From IMG/VR virus record IMGVR_UViG_3300005512_002719, positions 1-29,985 of that record: a stretch of 29,985 nt of DNA; one strand, 5' to 3'. The position numbers were made by a program, and so were the translations under genes. This DNA is from a virus. Its lineage: Duplodnaviria > Caudoviricetes. The notes beneath the pieces are model-generated. The model worked only from the letters and a program-made list of their open reading frames with translations. It did not search any database and was not told the DNA's origin. Below, in pieces: positions 7,837 through 16,319 of the stretch (the first letter of the stretch is position 1; every line of letters starts with the position of its first letter).

Positions 7837-8519
7837 CCAAAAGTAGAATCGGGTTCCAGGGCAATATAATAAGTGAGATTGTGATCTTTGCTAGTAAATC
7901 GGGAAAGAAGTTTTTGGGACACAACAACATCGTAAGTTCCAGGAAGAACCTTGATATTCTCAACCTTAAAGTTGAAAGAGAACTCAGACTCAGTGTCACC
8001 AACAACGATAGCAAAATCATTAGAGGTATCGTTCTTCTTATCACGAACAACCAGTTTGACAACACCATTCTCACCAACAGCGGAGAGATCTGGAAGTTGA
8101 TAAACTGCTGCTGCTTTAAGTAGTTTATCCAGTTGTTGAGTGCTCACTTGGAAACAAACATCTTCGCTAGGAAGATTGATCGCCTTCTCAGGTGGAGTAA
8201 CAATTACATTAGGATCCGCAAAGAAATACTTGGAACGCATTTTGCCTTCACGAATAATAACATAACCATCATTACCAAAATCCAATTCAGGATTCTTGTG
8301 GAGAGTCAAACCAGCAAGAAACTGATTCAGATCATAGATGCCAAAGTCCTTGGAGAATTCTTCATCAACAGTTGCTTCTGCAAGGATATTCTTCATCACA
8401 CTAATGGTACGAAGTTTGTTACCCTCTTTAAAAAGAATAGACTGATTAATACCAGAGAAGTTCTTAAGAAGAGAAATAGTGGATTCAGATAGTTTCATAG
8501 GATTACGAATTTTCATCAC
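7833..8519 (-). CDS. gp45: Sliding clamp
   Basis: MKLSESTISLLKNFSGINQSI...FGIYDLNQFL...YYIALE. The true start may be the internal MKLS. Confidence 0.95.
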   Translation of the reverse strand: MMKIRNPMKLSESTISLLKNFSGINQSILFKEGNKLRTISVMKNILAEATVDEEFSKDFGIYDLNQFLAGLTLHKNPELDFGNDGYVIIREGKMRSKYFFADPNVIVTPPEKAINLPSEDVCFQVSTQQLDKLLKAAAVYQLPDLSAVGENGVVKLVVRDKKNDTSNDFAIVVGDTESEFSFNFKVENIKVLPGTYDVVVSQKLLSRFTSKDHNLTYYIALEPDSTFG

Positions 8520-9070
8520 TGGGGATAGATTTCACGCTGAGCGTTCTTATCATTAAAATGCATCAGAAGAACAGCATAATGCAAAATCTTCAAAATGTCA
8601 CGTCGTGCAGTGCCCTTCTTATCATAACGGGATGCATACTTGAGGATATTACTGCGGCAGAAGGATTCACCATCACCACATGCTTCAATCAGATCAAGTG
8701 TTTGAATCTTATCGTCACCAGCAGAATAGTGCTGGTTATAAGTTCCATCAATATATTCTTTCAGTTCTTCGAGGATTTTGTCTTCACTGTACTTTTGCTT
8801 CTGAGCAGGTTTCAGGGTATCAGTACCACTAAAAACCTTAGAATTGGTAAAAGAAGTTGAGAACGAGAGAGTATCAGGGGAAGTATTAAATCCCCAAGAT
8901 CCAAATGCTTCTGGAGAAGTACCCCAGAAATCAAAATAATCTGCTGCATTTGAATCAGTCACATTACCACCACTAAAGGTGATGGTGTCATTTGCTTCAC
9001 CACCGAGAATGGTGACATCATTATTGTATTCAGACATAGTGTCAGATAATAAACTCCATGAGTTAGTCAT
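8516..9070 (-). CDS. Hypothetical protein with a C-terminal DUF3310-like domain (possible nucleotide kinase, T7 gp1.7-like)
   Basis: C-terminal YNQHYS...IQTLDLIE...FCRSNILKYASRYDKKG...DILKILHY after a Ser/Thr/Phe-rich N-region. Start at ATG 9070 or 9037 rather than 9169. Confidence 0.65.
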   Translation of the reverse strand: MTNSWSLLSDTMSEYNNDVTILGGEANDTITFSGGNVTDSNAADYFDFWGTSPEAFGSWGFNTSPDTLSFSTSFTNSKVFSGTDTLKPAQKQKYSEDKILEELKEYIDGTYNQHYSAGDDKIQTLDLIEACGDGESFCRSNILKYASRYDKKGTARRDILKILHYAVLLMHFNDKNAQREIYPQ

Positions 9071-9071
9071 A

Positions 9072-9100
9072 ATTATATCAAGAAATCGTGGGTTCGTCAA
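9072..9100 (-). promoter_or_regulatory. Sigma70-type promoter for the gp45-gp44-gp62-regA block
   Basis: TTGACG (9100-9095), 17 nt, TATAAT (9077-9072). The TGA stop of the AAA gene supplies the extended -10 TGn. Confidence 0.8.
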
Positions 9101-10169
9101 CTGGCAGTTCGAAATCTGCATCAACTTTATCATACAGTTCCAGGAATGCCTGCTTGGTTTCATCGTCAAAACGATTTACACAGACTGCAATAGACTTACC
9201 CTTATCACCGAAGATGGAATAAGCACGGATGATGTGAACCAGACGACGGGTAGAGATGACTTCTTCAATACCACCATCGTAGAAAGTCTTACGGATGATA
9301 TCAGCCCAATCCACAAGTCGTTTGCAGAAGTCAGCATCATCAACACCAAGAGATTTTGCAACGTTGGAAACAATCCTGGTTTCACTAGTAGGAGTAGGAT
9401 ACTCCTGTTCAAAGGTTACTGGGAATCGCTCAAGGAATGCTTCGTTGAGCACGTTAGTTCCAATGAATCGTCCATCGTCTGAACCTTTGCCTTTGGTGTT
9501 GGCGGTTGCGAATACGTTGAAACCTTCTGCGGGCGTAATGTATTTGCCAATTTTCTTGAGGAAAACCCCTTTTCCTTCAAGAATCGACTGAAGACAGAGG
9601 ATTTTGTTTGAGGCGAGATCGATCTCGTCAAGGAGCAGGACTGCTCCTCGTTGAAGGGCTTCGATGACTGGGCCATTGTGCCAGACGGTTTCGCCATTAA
9701 CAAGACGGAAACCGCCAATAAGATCGTCTTCATCAGTCTCGATGGTAATGTTTACACGGATGAGTTCTCGTCCGAGGATGGCACACGCTTGCTCGATAGA
9801 GAACGTTTTACCATTGCCCGAGAGTCCCGTGATAAACGTAGGGTAGAAAAGACGGGACTTAATAATTTTTTTAATATCTGTAAAATTACCAAACTGGACG
9901 AAGGTATCATCTTTCTGGGGGATAAGGTTCTGTTCAACGGCAGGCAGTGCCGCAGGTGCATTATAAGTTACTTCCAGTTCTTCCACAGTCTCCTTTGTTA
10001 CTTCAAGATTCCACTTGCCGCGACTCACTTTATATTCTGTCAGTTTGTTAGTGACAGTCTGGTAGTTAGAACCGTTCATAGCACACCACGCACGAACATC
10101 ACCAGAGGTTACAGTTTCACCGTATAGTGCTTGAAGAGAAGTGCGGATGTAATCGGCAGAGAGTGCCAT
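9078..10169 (-). CDS. cobS: CobS/MoxR-type AAA+ ATPase
   Basis: Walker A GLSGNGKT, Walker B LLLDEID, ATANTKGKG and NEAFLERF. Start placed at ATG 10169 (MALSADY) because ATG 10196 overlaps the -10 box. Confidence 0.88.
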   Translation of the reverse strand: MALSADYIRTSLQALYGETVTSGDVRAWCAMNGSNYQTVTNKLTEYKVSRGKWNLEVTKETVEELEVTYNAPAALPAVEQNLIPQKDDTFVQFGNFTDIKKIIKSRLFYPTFITGLSGNGKTFSIEQACAILGRELIRVNITIETDEDDLIGGFRLVNGETVWHNGPVIEALQRGAVLLLDEIDLASNKILCLQSILEGKGVFLKKIGKYITPAEGFNVFATANTKGKGSDDGRFIGTNVLNEAFLERFPVTFEQEYPTPTSETRIVSNVAKSLGVDDADFCKRLVDWADIIRKTFYDGGIEEVISTRRLVHIIRAYSIFGDKGKSIAVCVNRFDDETKQAFLELYDKVDADFELPVDEPTIS

Positions 10170-10194
10170 TGCTTTCTTTGTTTGAACTGAAGTC

Positions 10195-10238
10195 ATTATA
10201 GGGCATGAAGAAGGGGGACTTTCGCCCCCCTGTGACAG
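10195..10238 (-). promoter_or_regulatory. Hairpin-containing promoter motif, copy 1
   Basis: GTCACA (10236-10231), a 30-nt spacer holding GGGGGGC-gaaa-GTCCCCC, then TATAAT (10200-10195). Confidence 0.65.
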
Positions 10239-10241
10239 TAT

Positions 10242-10430
10242 TTAGAGTGTCTCTTTCATTTTTTCGTATTGGCACTGAGAGATAAGAGATGAATTATATC
10301 CAGGAAAATACTCTTCTACTTTTTTGGGAACCATCATTACTGTAGGCCAACCACTGGCAACATAGGTGTATATGGTTTTGGTTTCTTCATCAATAAAATG
10401 TGGCCAAGGATACTTCTTTTTTTTACTCAT
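10242..10430 (-). CDS. Small hypothetical protein (62 aa)
   Basis: ATGA overlap with the stop of the 694-aa gene and fills the gap to the promoter motif. Confidence 0.7.
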   Translation of the reverse strand: MSKKKKYPWPHFIDEETKTIYTYVASGWPTVMMVPKKVEEYFPGYNSSLISQCQYEKMKETL

Positions 10431-12511
10431 GCGATCAACTCCACAAACTCACCAAGAACTTTCTTATTTAGTTTTTTAGTCTTCAAAGACTTAATAAAGG
10501 CAGACTTAATTTTTGCTTTGGTTGCTCCATCATCAACTTCAAAGTCAGATTCCTGAGAAAGAGCAGAGGAGGAGAGTCCAAAGTAAGCATCATACCCAGA
10601 GTTTTTGATACAGAAACTCTTGTCTTTTTTCCATTCTGACATAGTTTCAAAAGAACAATCATGCAATCTCATAAATGATTTGGCATCACGCGGAGCAAGA
10701 ACACGAATACCAATGAAGTTTGTATCTTTGAATTTATCTTTCAAATTACGAAGCAGCATATCAGTAAACTCATGCCAATAATAACCCATGCGATAAGTTG
10801 TGCCAAGTTTACGATCCCGAAGAAAAGTTTTTCCTGGATCAAGACGACGAGATCCAATATAAGGTTCACTATCCCATGGACGGTTAATTGTAGCATGGCG
10901 AGAGAGTTGACTTGCTTCACCATCAGTCAGAACAATACACTGAACTTTTTGCAATTTATTTTCCTTTTGGAACTGAGGAATAATCTGGTGCAAGGAACAA
11001 ATTGCTTCATTCAAAGGAGTGCCCGAAAGTGACAATCTATCTGGAATAGAATACGCACATCCATAAATCCTAGAAAAATATCTAGCGACACGCCACATAT
11101 TAAGCATCTGTTTTTCCAGTTCTTTAGAAGAAGTCTTACTTGTAAGAATGTTCATCATAGAGAAATCATCAGGAATACAAAATAGTCCTTCTTTTTTTTC
11201 ATAGTGAGCATGACGTTGTTCAGAAATATGCTCCTCCTTTTCTTCATCCCAGTATGCGCGGCACCACTCATTAGTGAATGCATAGACATCAAAAGGAATG
11301 GAAACTTTTTTACAGAACCAGATTAGATTGTAAAGTTGTTTCATGGTATCTTCAAGGACACCCGACATTGATCCACTCCAATCAAGTACAAAGATTAATC
11401 CATGATTTTTACCATCCGCAAGAGTACTTACTTTCTTGAAGAGATCTTCATTGTACTTATAGGTATGAAGTTTGCTGCAATCTAGAACACCTGTGCGGGC
11501 GGTTGTAGAGCGAGCATAGGAATCTGCTGCCTTACGACATTCAAACTCTTTCACCAAATAGTTTACTTCTTTCTGAGCAGACTTTTTGAACTGGCGAAAA
11601 GCAGCATCAACAATTTCAAATGAGAACTTGTCATTGGCAAGATGATCATCAATCAATTTGTGAACATCTGCATTTTTTGCGATGATAGTATCAAGATTTA
11701 CTTGAGGAATTTCAACATAAACATTATCTTGAGCGCAATTTGATACAAGTTCACGAAGATTATCCGAAAGAGAGTCTGCAGTATTAACCTCTGGTTCATC
11801 ACTCTCTTCAGGTTCACTAATCGTTGATTGCGAATCATCAGTATCACCATCACTATCAATGTCGCTCTCTTCAGAAGAAGAGTCATTAGATGGTTCTGGT
11901 TGTTCTTTTTCACCAGATCCAGACTGCTTCGGCATTTCAACTTCGTCTACCTTCTCCTCTTCTTGCGCTTTCTTGCAATACTTGTAGAGAACTTCAGCAG
12001 CGAGGAGGGCATCATCAAAATCCTCACATTCATCGATAATGCGGATGATTGCCATCTCCTCTTCAGTAAAAGGGAGATCTAGAAAATTACCAATCTTGAA
12101 GTAAAGATTTGCACGATCTGCAAGATTCATTTTGCTGATATCTTCATCAGCAATAGAAAAGAAGTCTTCCTCATGAAGTTCTTGATAACCTCTGAAAAAA
12201 GTCTTCGAGATGCCAGCATACTTACGCTTCATCAATTTCTCAATACGTGCATCCTCAACCACGTTTACAAACTGTTGAGGTACTTTAACCTTCTCAGTCC
12301 AATCCTCATTGGGTGTGAATAGTGCATGTCCCACTTCATGTCCAACCAGCATGTCATATACAGCACTGCTCGCCCTATCCCAGATAGGAAGAGTCAGAAC
12401 ACGGGTGTGGACGTTAAACTGTGCTGTCTCAATCTGACGATGCTCTACGATCAGATCCTCAGTGGCAAGCAGTTTAGCGAGTTGAGATTTGATTTCGTGA
12501 GAGACAGTCAT
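10427..12511 (-). CDS. Zn-metallopeptidase-like (HEXXH) plus vWA domain protein, CobT-like partner of the AAA+ ATPase
   Basis: HEVGH...NVVEDARIE N-domain, acidic Ser/Asp/Glu linker, MIDAS FVLDWSGSM, SGTPL and VLTDGE. Confidence 0.88.
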   Translation of the reverse strand: MTVSHEIKSQLAKLLATEDLIVEHRQIETAQFNVHTRVLTLPIWDRASSAVYDMLVGHEVGHALFTPNEDWTEKVKVPQQFVNVVEDARIEKLMKRKYAGISKTFFRGYQELHEEDFFSIADEDISKMNLADRANLYFKIGNFLDLPFTEEEMAIIRIIDECEDFDDALLAAEVLYKYCKKAQEEEKVDEVEMPKQSGSGEKEQPEPSNDSSSEESDIDSDGDTDDSQSTISEPEESDEPEVNTADSLSDNLRELVSNCAQDNVYVEIPQVNLDTIIAKNADVHKLIDDHLANDKFSFEIVDAAFRQFKKSAQKEVNYLVKEFECRKAADSYARSTTARTGVLDCSKLHTYKYNEDLFKKVSTLADGKNHGLIFVLDWSGSMSGVLEDTMKQLYNLIWFCKKVSIPFDVYAFTNEWCRAYWDEEKEEHISEQRHAHYEKKEGLFCIPDDFSMMNILTSKTSSKELEKQMLNMWRVARYFSRIYGCAYSIPDRLSLSGTPLNEAICSLHQIIPQFQKENKLQKVQCIVLTDGEASQLSRHATINRPWDSEPYIGSRRLDPGKTFLRDRKLGTTYRMGYYWHEFTDMLLRNLKDKFKDTNFIGIRVLAPRDAKSFMRLHDCSFETMSEWKKDKSFCIKNSGYDAYFGLSSSALSQESDFEVDDGATKAKIKSAFIKSLKTKKLNKKVLGEFVELIA

Positions 12512-12683
12512 CGCGGAACATCATTCGTATGGACTCATAATACGACGAAACCCGCCTCTTGGACGGGTTCATGTGACGCTTCTTAAATTGTCTAAGAGAC
12601 TCCCTTCGGGCCCTCATCATCTGAGGTTTGAGAGTTCGCTTCTGAGTTTTCTTAGAATGGTGCTGCCAATTAGGGATGTTCAT
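12474..12683 (-). CDS. Small basic hypothetical peptide (about 69 aa)
   Basis: MNIPNWQHHSKKTQKRTLKPQMMRARRESLRQFKKR begins 10 nt after the gp46 stop. Its 3' part overlaps a promoter motif and the next gene's start. Confidence 0.55.
   Translation of the reverse strand: MNIPNWQHHSKKTQKRTLKPQMMRARRESLRQFKKRHMNPSKRRVSSYYESIRMMFRDDCLSRNQISTR
12537..12579 (-). promoter_or_regulatory. Hairpin-containing promoter motif, copy 2
   Basis: GTCACA (12577-12572), a 29-nt spacer holding GAACCCGTC-caaga-GGCGGGTTT, then TATTAT (12542-12537), 25 nt upstream of ATG 12511. Confidence 0.65.
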
Positions 12684-12693
12684 CGGAAATTCC

Positions 12694-14406
12694 TTATGCA
12701 ATCAATTTACTAAATCCTTTAATCTTTTCAAATCTGATGCTGTTATCAAATCTCTCTTCCATTCCTTGTTTATGAGAGATGACAAATACATTTGCATCTT
12801 GGATCACAAATCGAATGATCTTGAGAAATTCTTCTGTACCAAATCCATCAAGAGATGAGTCAAACACTTCATCCATAATCAACAGATTTGTGTTAACAGA
12901 GTTCTTGATTCTTGCAACCTCTCTCCAGGTAAACAAGAGTGCCAGATCGATCCTCATCTTCTCTCCCTCGCTGAAAGAAGCATAAGAAAAATCTTCGTGG
13001 ATTGGGGACTGGACGGTTTCGTTGAATTCCTCATCAAGTGTGAAGTTAATGTAGAAGTCCATCATCTGAAGATAACGGTTGACTTGCTGATTTATCAGCG
13101 GTAGATACTTCTTAATGATTTTGGATTTGACTCCACCGTCTTTTAGTAGACTATACGAAAAATCGTGATAGTTAATTGTGTCCTTACGTTGAGCGAGATT
13201 ATCGTATGTAGTTTTTAGACTTTCGTTAAGTGACTCTAACTTGTCATTCTCAACACTTCTGTTTGCAAGTTGATCGGTAATTCTTTGAATTTCCGATTCC
13301 AGATCTCTGATCTGTCTTTGACATCCAGCGATCTGAGTATTGTTTTTAGAAATGCCATGCGTTAAGGATGTAATCTCCTTTGATAGAATAGTGAATTGAC
13401 GCTCTCGCTCTTCTTCCTTATTAATTGCTTCCTCTAGTTCTTTAAAACCAGATTGCAACTCCTTTGCTTTATTTTGAGCGTCGGTAATTCTATTTATTCT
13501 GAATGTCTCTTCAATGTCCTGATTACAGGTAGGACAAACCGTATTTTGTGTGAAAAATTTATGTTCTTTAGTAATCGTTGATACTTTGTTAGAAATCTTA
13601 CCCTTAAGATCGCTAAGTTTACGAAGTTTTTCTTTTGCAGAATCAAGTCCTTCAATCTCTTTTGTCAACTTCACCACATCTTCTTCGATAGATGCATTTG
13701 AGTTCATGAGATTATTCTCTTCAGTAAGGAGTTCTGAAATCCTTACTTCCTTACTTTTAATATTTTCCTTACTACGATTCTCTAATTCATCGATAAAGTT
13801 TTTCTGCATATCGACTTTCTCATTGAGAGATTCTTTCTTCAGATCAAGAACTTTTACTTCATCTTTTAGAGTACGAATTCTATCTTTGATGACTGAGTTC
13901 ATCGTGGAGAAGATACGAATGTCCAATAGATCTTCAATCACGTCTCTACGATTCTGTGCAGAGAGTTGCATGAAGGGAACAAAAGTGCTGCTACCCAAGA
14001 TTACAATCTGAGTAAAAGACTTGTAGTTCATCTTTAGAACATTCTGCTCTAACCATTTTTGTTGCTCAACAGCAGCTGCTTTTTGATCAAGAACTTCTCC
14101 GTTTCTCCAAATCTCAAATACATTTGGTTTGATTCCTCGGATCACTTTCCAATCTACAGATCCAATAGAAAACTCAACCTCTACATTACAATCCTTCTCA
14201 TTTGTAGAATTGATTAGTTGTGGTTTATTAATTTTACGAAATGGTTTTCCATACAAAGCAAAACACAGTGCGTCCAACACTGTACTCTTACCTGCTCCAT
14301 TAGTTCCTACAATCAAAGTTGTAGAATCTTCGTTAAGTACAAGTTCAGTAAATTGATTGCCAGTAGAAAGAAAGTTTTTCCAGCGGATCTTTTCAAATGT
14401 AATCAT
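12694..14406 (-). CDS. gp46: Recombination endonuclease ATPase subunit (Rad50/SbcC-like)
   Basis: Walker A GTNGAGKS, Zn hook CPTC, signature FSEGEK, Walker B LLIMDEVFD and ISH. Confidence 0.97.
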   Translation of the reverse strand: MITFEKIRWKNFLSTGNQFTELVLNEDSTTLIVGTNGAGKSTVLDALCFALYGKPFRKINKPQLINSTNEKDCNVEVEFSIGSVDWKVIRGIKPNVFEIWRNGEVLDQKAAAVEQQKWLEQNVLKMNYKSFTQIVILGSSTFVPFMQLSAQNRRDVIEDLLDIRIFSTMNSVIKDRIRTLKDEVKVLDLKKESLNEKVDMQKNFIDELENRSKENIKSKEVRISELLTEENNLMNSNASIEEDVVKLTKEIEGLDSAKEKLRKLSDLKGKISNKVSTITKEHKFFTQNTVCPTCNQDIEETFRINRITDAQNKAKELQSGFKELEEAINKEEERERQFTILSKEITSLTHGISKNNTQIAGCQRQIRDLESEIQRITDQLANRSVENDKLESLNESLKTTYDNLAQRKDTINYHDFSYSLLKDGGVKSKIIKKYLPLINQQVNRYLQMMDFYINFTLDEEFNETVQSPIHEDFSYASFSEGEKMRIDLALLFTWREVARIKNSVNTNLLIMDEVFDSSLDGFGTEEFLKIIRFVIQDANVFVISHKQGMEERFDNSIRFEKIKGFSKLIA

Positions 14407-14665
14407 GTTTAGTATCAGGGGGAATCACAACATCATTAGGTGTTATCACAATATATGGATACTCACGAGCATCACATATGTTAATCATCATTTCATCATC
14501 AACCTCTATGATGTGCATTTCAGGAGAACCTCCTTCTTCCAACATCATAGCATATCTAACCGCATCATCTTCTTCCTGGAAGATATACAAAATCTGCTCA
14601 CCATTTGCATCCGCAACCGAATAAGCACCCTCTCTTTCTCTTCCTTCAATGGTTAGAATAAACAT
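14393..14665 (-). CDS. DUF3110-like small protein (90 aa)
   Basis: EGAYSV...LYIFQEEDDAVRYAMMLE...C...Y...VIPP resembles the cyanobacterial DUF3110 pattern from memory. Lies between gp47 and gp46. Confidence 0.65.
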   Translation of the reverse strand: MFILTIEGREREGAYSVADANGEQILYIFQEEDDAVRYAMMLEEGGSPEMHIIEVDDEMMINICDAREYPYIVITPNDVVIPPDTKHDYI

Positions 14666-14666
14666 C

Positions 14667-15710
14667 TTACACTAATTCACATGCCTCTTGATAAACCTCA
14701 TTAATCAATTTTGTAACGAGTGTCTTATCTAAATCAATTTCTGCTTCTTGAATATATCTATTCAAGATAGACAGAGTGTCTTCAGACTCAAATGCTTCAA
14801 AACTTTCATCCTCAATGACTTCAAAGTTTTCTACAACTTTCAAGTCTGCAACGTTTGCAGCATAAATTTTATCAATGAATCTTTCGAATTCTTTGGTGTC
14901 TGTTTTCTTGCGAACAATTACTTTTACAATTTTATCTTCATACTCACTTGCATCAAAAAGTTGATGGGGTGTATCTTCATAATAGATGTTGTAGAACATC
15001 CTGTAAGGATTATCTACATGAAAATGCTCAAGAGTTTCTGTATCAAAGATGGTGAATCCTCTCCGATCACCGACATCGTTCCAGAACATTTCGTATGGAT
15101 TTCCCAAGTAATAGATCCGTCCATCATCCGATCGAGTGTGGTAGTGACCGCTGAAGACATGGGAGAACTTCTCAAATAACTTGCTCGACATACCATGATC
15201 CATGATGCATCCTCGATGAGCTCTAAATCCTGTGAGTTCAAGGTGCCCCATCGCGCAGTTGCAATCTGTCTTTTGAATAAGTTTGATAGTAGATTCTTCA
15301 TTGTCTTTATTAATCCAAGGAACAAACAGAACGTTTAGATTATCTAGTTTAACTTCTTCTGCTTCAGAATAGGTAATAACATTGTCATACTCACGGAGAA
15401 GTAAATCAACAGCATTTACTTCATTAGTGTTCTTATAATAAGCAGTATGATTACCGACAATCGTATGAACAGTAATACCTAAACTTTGTAGACGATCATA
15501 GTAATTATCTTTCGCCCATGCTAGAGCAGAAAAATCAATACCTTTACGACTGTCAAAAGTATCTCCCATATCTACAATGGTAGTGATACCATGTTCTTCC
15601 AAATATGGGAAGAAGATGTCATTGTAGAACTTCAAAAAATAGTCATGAAATAACTTGGAGTTCTTACGGGCACCGAAGTGTTGATCGCTTATAATGGATA
15701 CCTTCATCAA
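14667..15710 (-). CDS. gp47: Recombination endonuclease nuclease subunit (Mre11/SbcD-like)
   Basis: Metallophosphoesterase motifs SDQHFG, GDTFD, GNH, GHLE and SGHYH. Confidence 0.96.
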   Translation of the reverse strand: MMKVSIISDQHFGARKNSKLFHDYFLKFYNDIFFPYLEEHGITTIVDMGDTFDSRKGIDFSALAWAKDNYYDRLQSLGITVHTIVGNHTAYYKNTNEVNAVDLLLREYDNVITYSEAEEVKLDNLNVLFVPWINKDNEESTIKLIQKTDCNCAMGHLELTGFRAHRGCIMDHGMSSKLFEKFSHVFSGHYHTRSDDGRIYYLGNPYEMFWNDVGDRRGFTIFDTETLEHFHVDNPYRMFYNIYYEDTPHQLFDASEYEDKIVKVIVRKKTDTKEFERFIDKIYAANVADLKVVENFEVIEDESFEAFESEDTLSILNRYIQEAEIDLDKTLVTKLINEVYQEACELV

Positions 15711-16243
15711 CTGCGGAGCTTGGAATGCACGTTATCTTTGATTTGATTGTAGTCGGAGTAGTTCGATCCGTCAAGTGTATTGTTGTCGTCAAACACCTCA
15801 CTGTAGCCAGATCGTTCGATAATCTTGTTCTTAATTTCTAACTGCTTCTTTTCTCTTTGGATCCTGCGGAGAAACGCATAATGAATGATCTGCGTAAAGT
15901 AAGCAAAAGGATTTTGGGATTTCTGAGGATCAAAATTATGAATGTACTGAACGCAATTTTCGATTCCATCAGAGATCATGTCCTCCTTGAACATGTAGTT
16001 TACAAAGTTTGGTTTGAAGGACAAGTGATTTGCGATCTTCAAGAAACACTCCCCAATGTAGCGTGGAATGGGAGGTTTTGTATCCCATCTCTGAGATCTG
16101 TCTTCTTTCGTGGGTTCTCTACCGTACTTCTTTATAAACGTAATTTCAACGTCACTCCGATACTCGACGAGAGCAGCAAGAAAGTCTTTGTTGTTTACGT
16201 AGTGTTCTGATCTTTTTCTCTTCGTCATACCAGGACTAATCAT
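15707..16243 (-). CDS. gp55: Late-transcription sigma factor
   Basis: HYVNNKDFL, YIGECFLKIANHLS..PNF.NY...EDMISDGIENC and NPFAYFTQI..YAFLRRI..EKKQ. Confidence 0.96.
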   Translation of the reverse strand: MISPGMTKRKRSEHYVNNKDFLAALVEYRSDVEITFIKKYGREPTKEDRSQRWDTKPPIPRYIGECFLKIANHLSFKPNFVNYMFKEDMISDGIENCVQYIHNFDPQKSQNPFAYFTQIIHYAFLRRIQREKKQLEIKNKIIERSGYSEVFDDNNTLDGSNYSDYNQIKDNVHSKLRS

Positions 16244-16268
16244 AAATGTATCTCATCACTATGTATGA

Positions 16269-16297
16269 ATTATACCATTTTTATAAATGCTTGACAA
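16269..16297 (-). promoter_or_regulatory. Sigma70-type promoter for gp55-gp47-gp46
   Basis: TTGTCA (16297-16292), 17 nt, TATAAT (16274-16269) with an extended TGG. Confidence 0.8.
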
Positions 16298-16319
16298 GTT
16301 CTCAAATTGCCATTAGAAT
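16291..16319 (+). promoter_or_regulatory. Sigma70-type promoter oriented antisense to the 131-aa gene and uvsW
   Basis: TTGACA (16291-16296), 17 nt, TAGAAT (16314-16319). No convincing plus-strand gene downstream. Confidence 0.6.

Noticed and set aside
9070-9169. N-terminal extension of the 217-aa ORF, and likewise 5874-5945, 10170-10196 and 28768-28782
   Set aside because: These extensions overlap upstream genes or promoter boxes. Downstream ATGs fit coupling and promoter positions better.
9078-10196. cobS as evidence of phage cobalamin biosynthesis
   Set aside because: Only generic MoxR-type AAA+ motifs are visible, there is no cobN or other cob gene in the window, and the partner carries a peptidase-like domain.
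10231-12577. TCACA in the two promoter motifs as CRP sites, or NtcA boxes
   Set aside because: Only a half-site is present. Neither TGTGA-N6-TCACA nor a fitting GTA-N8-TAC is seen.
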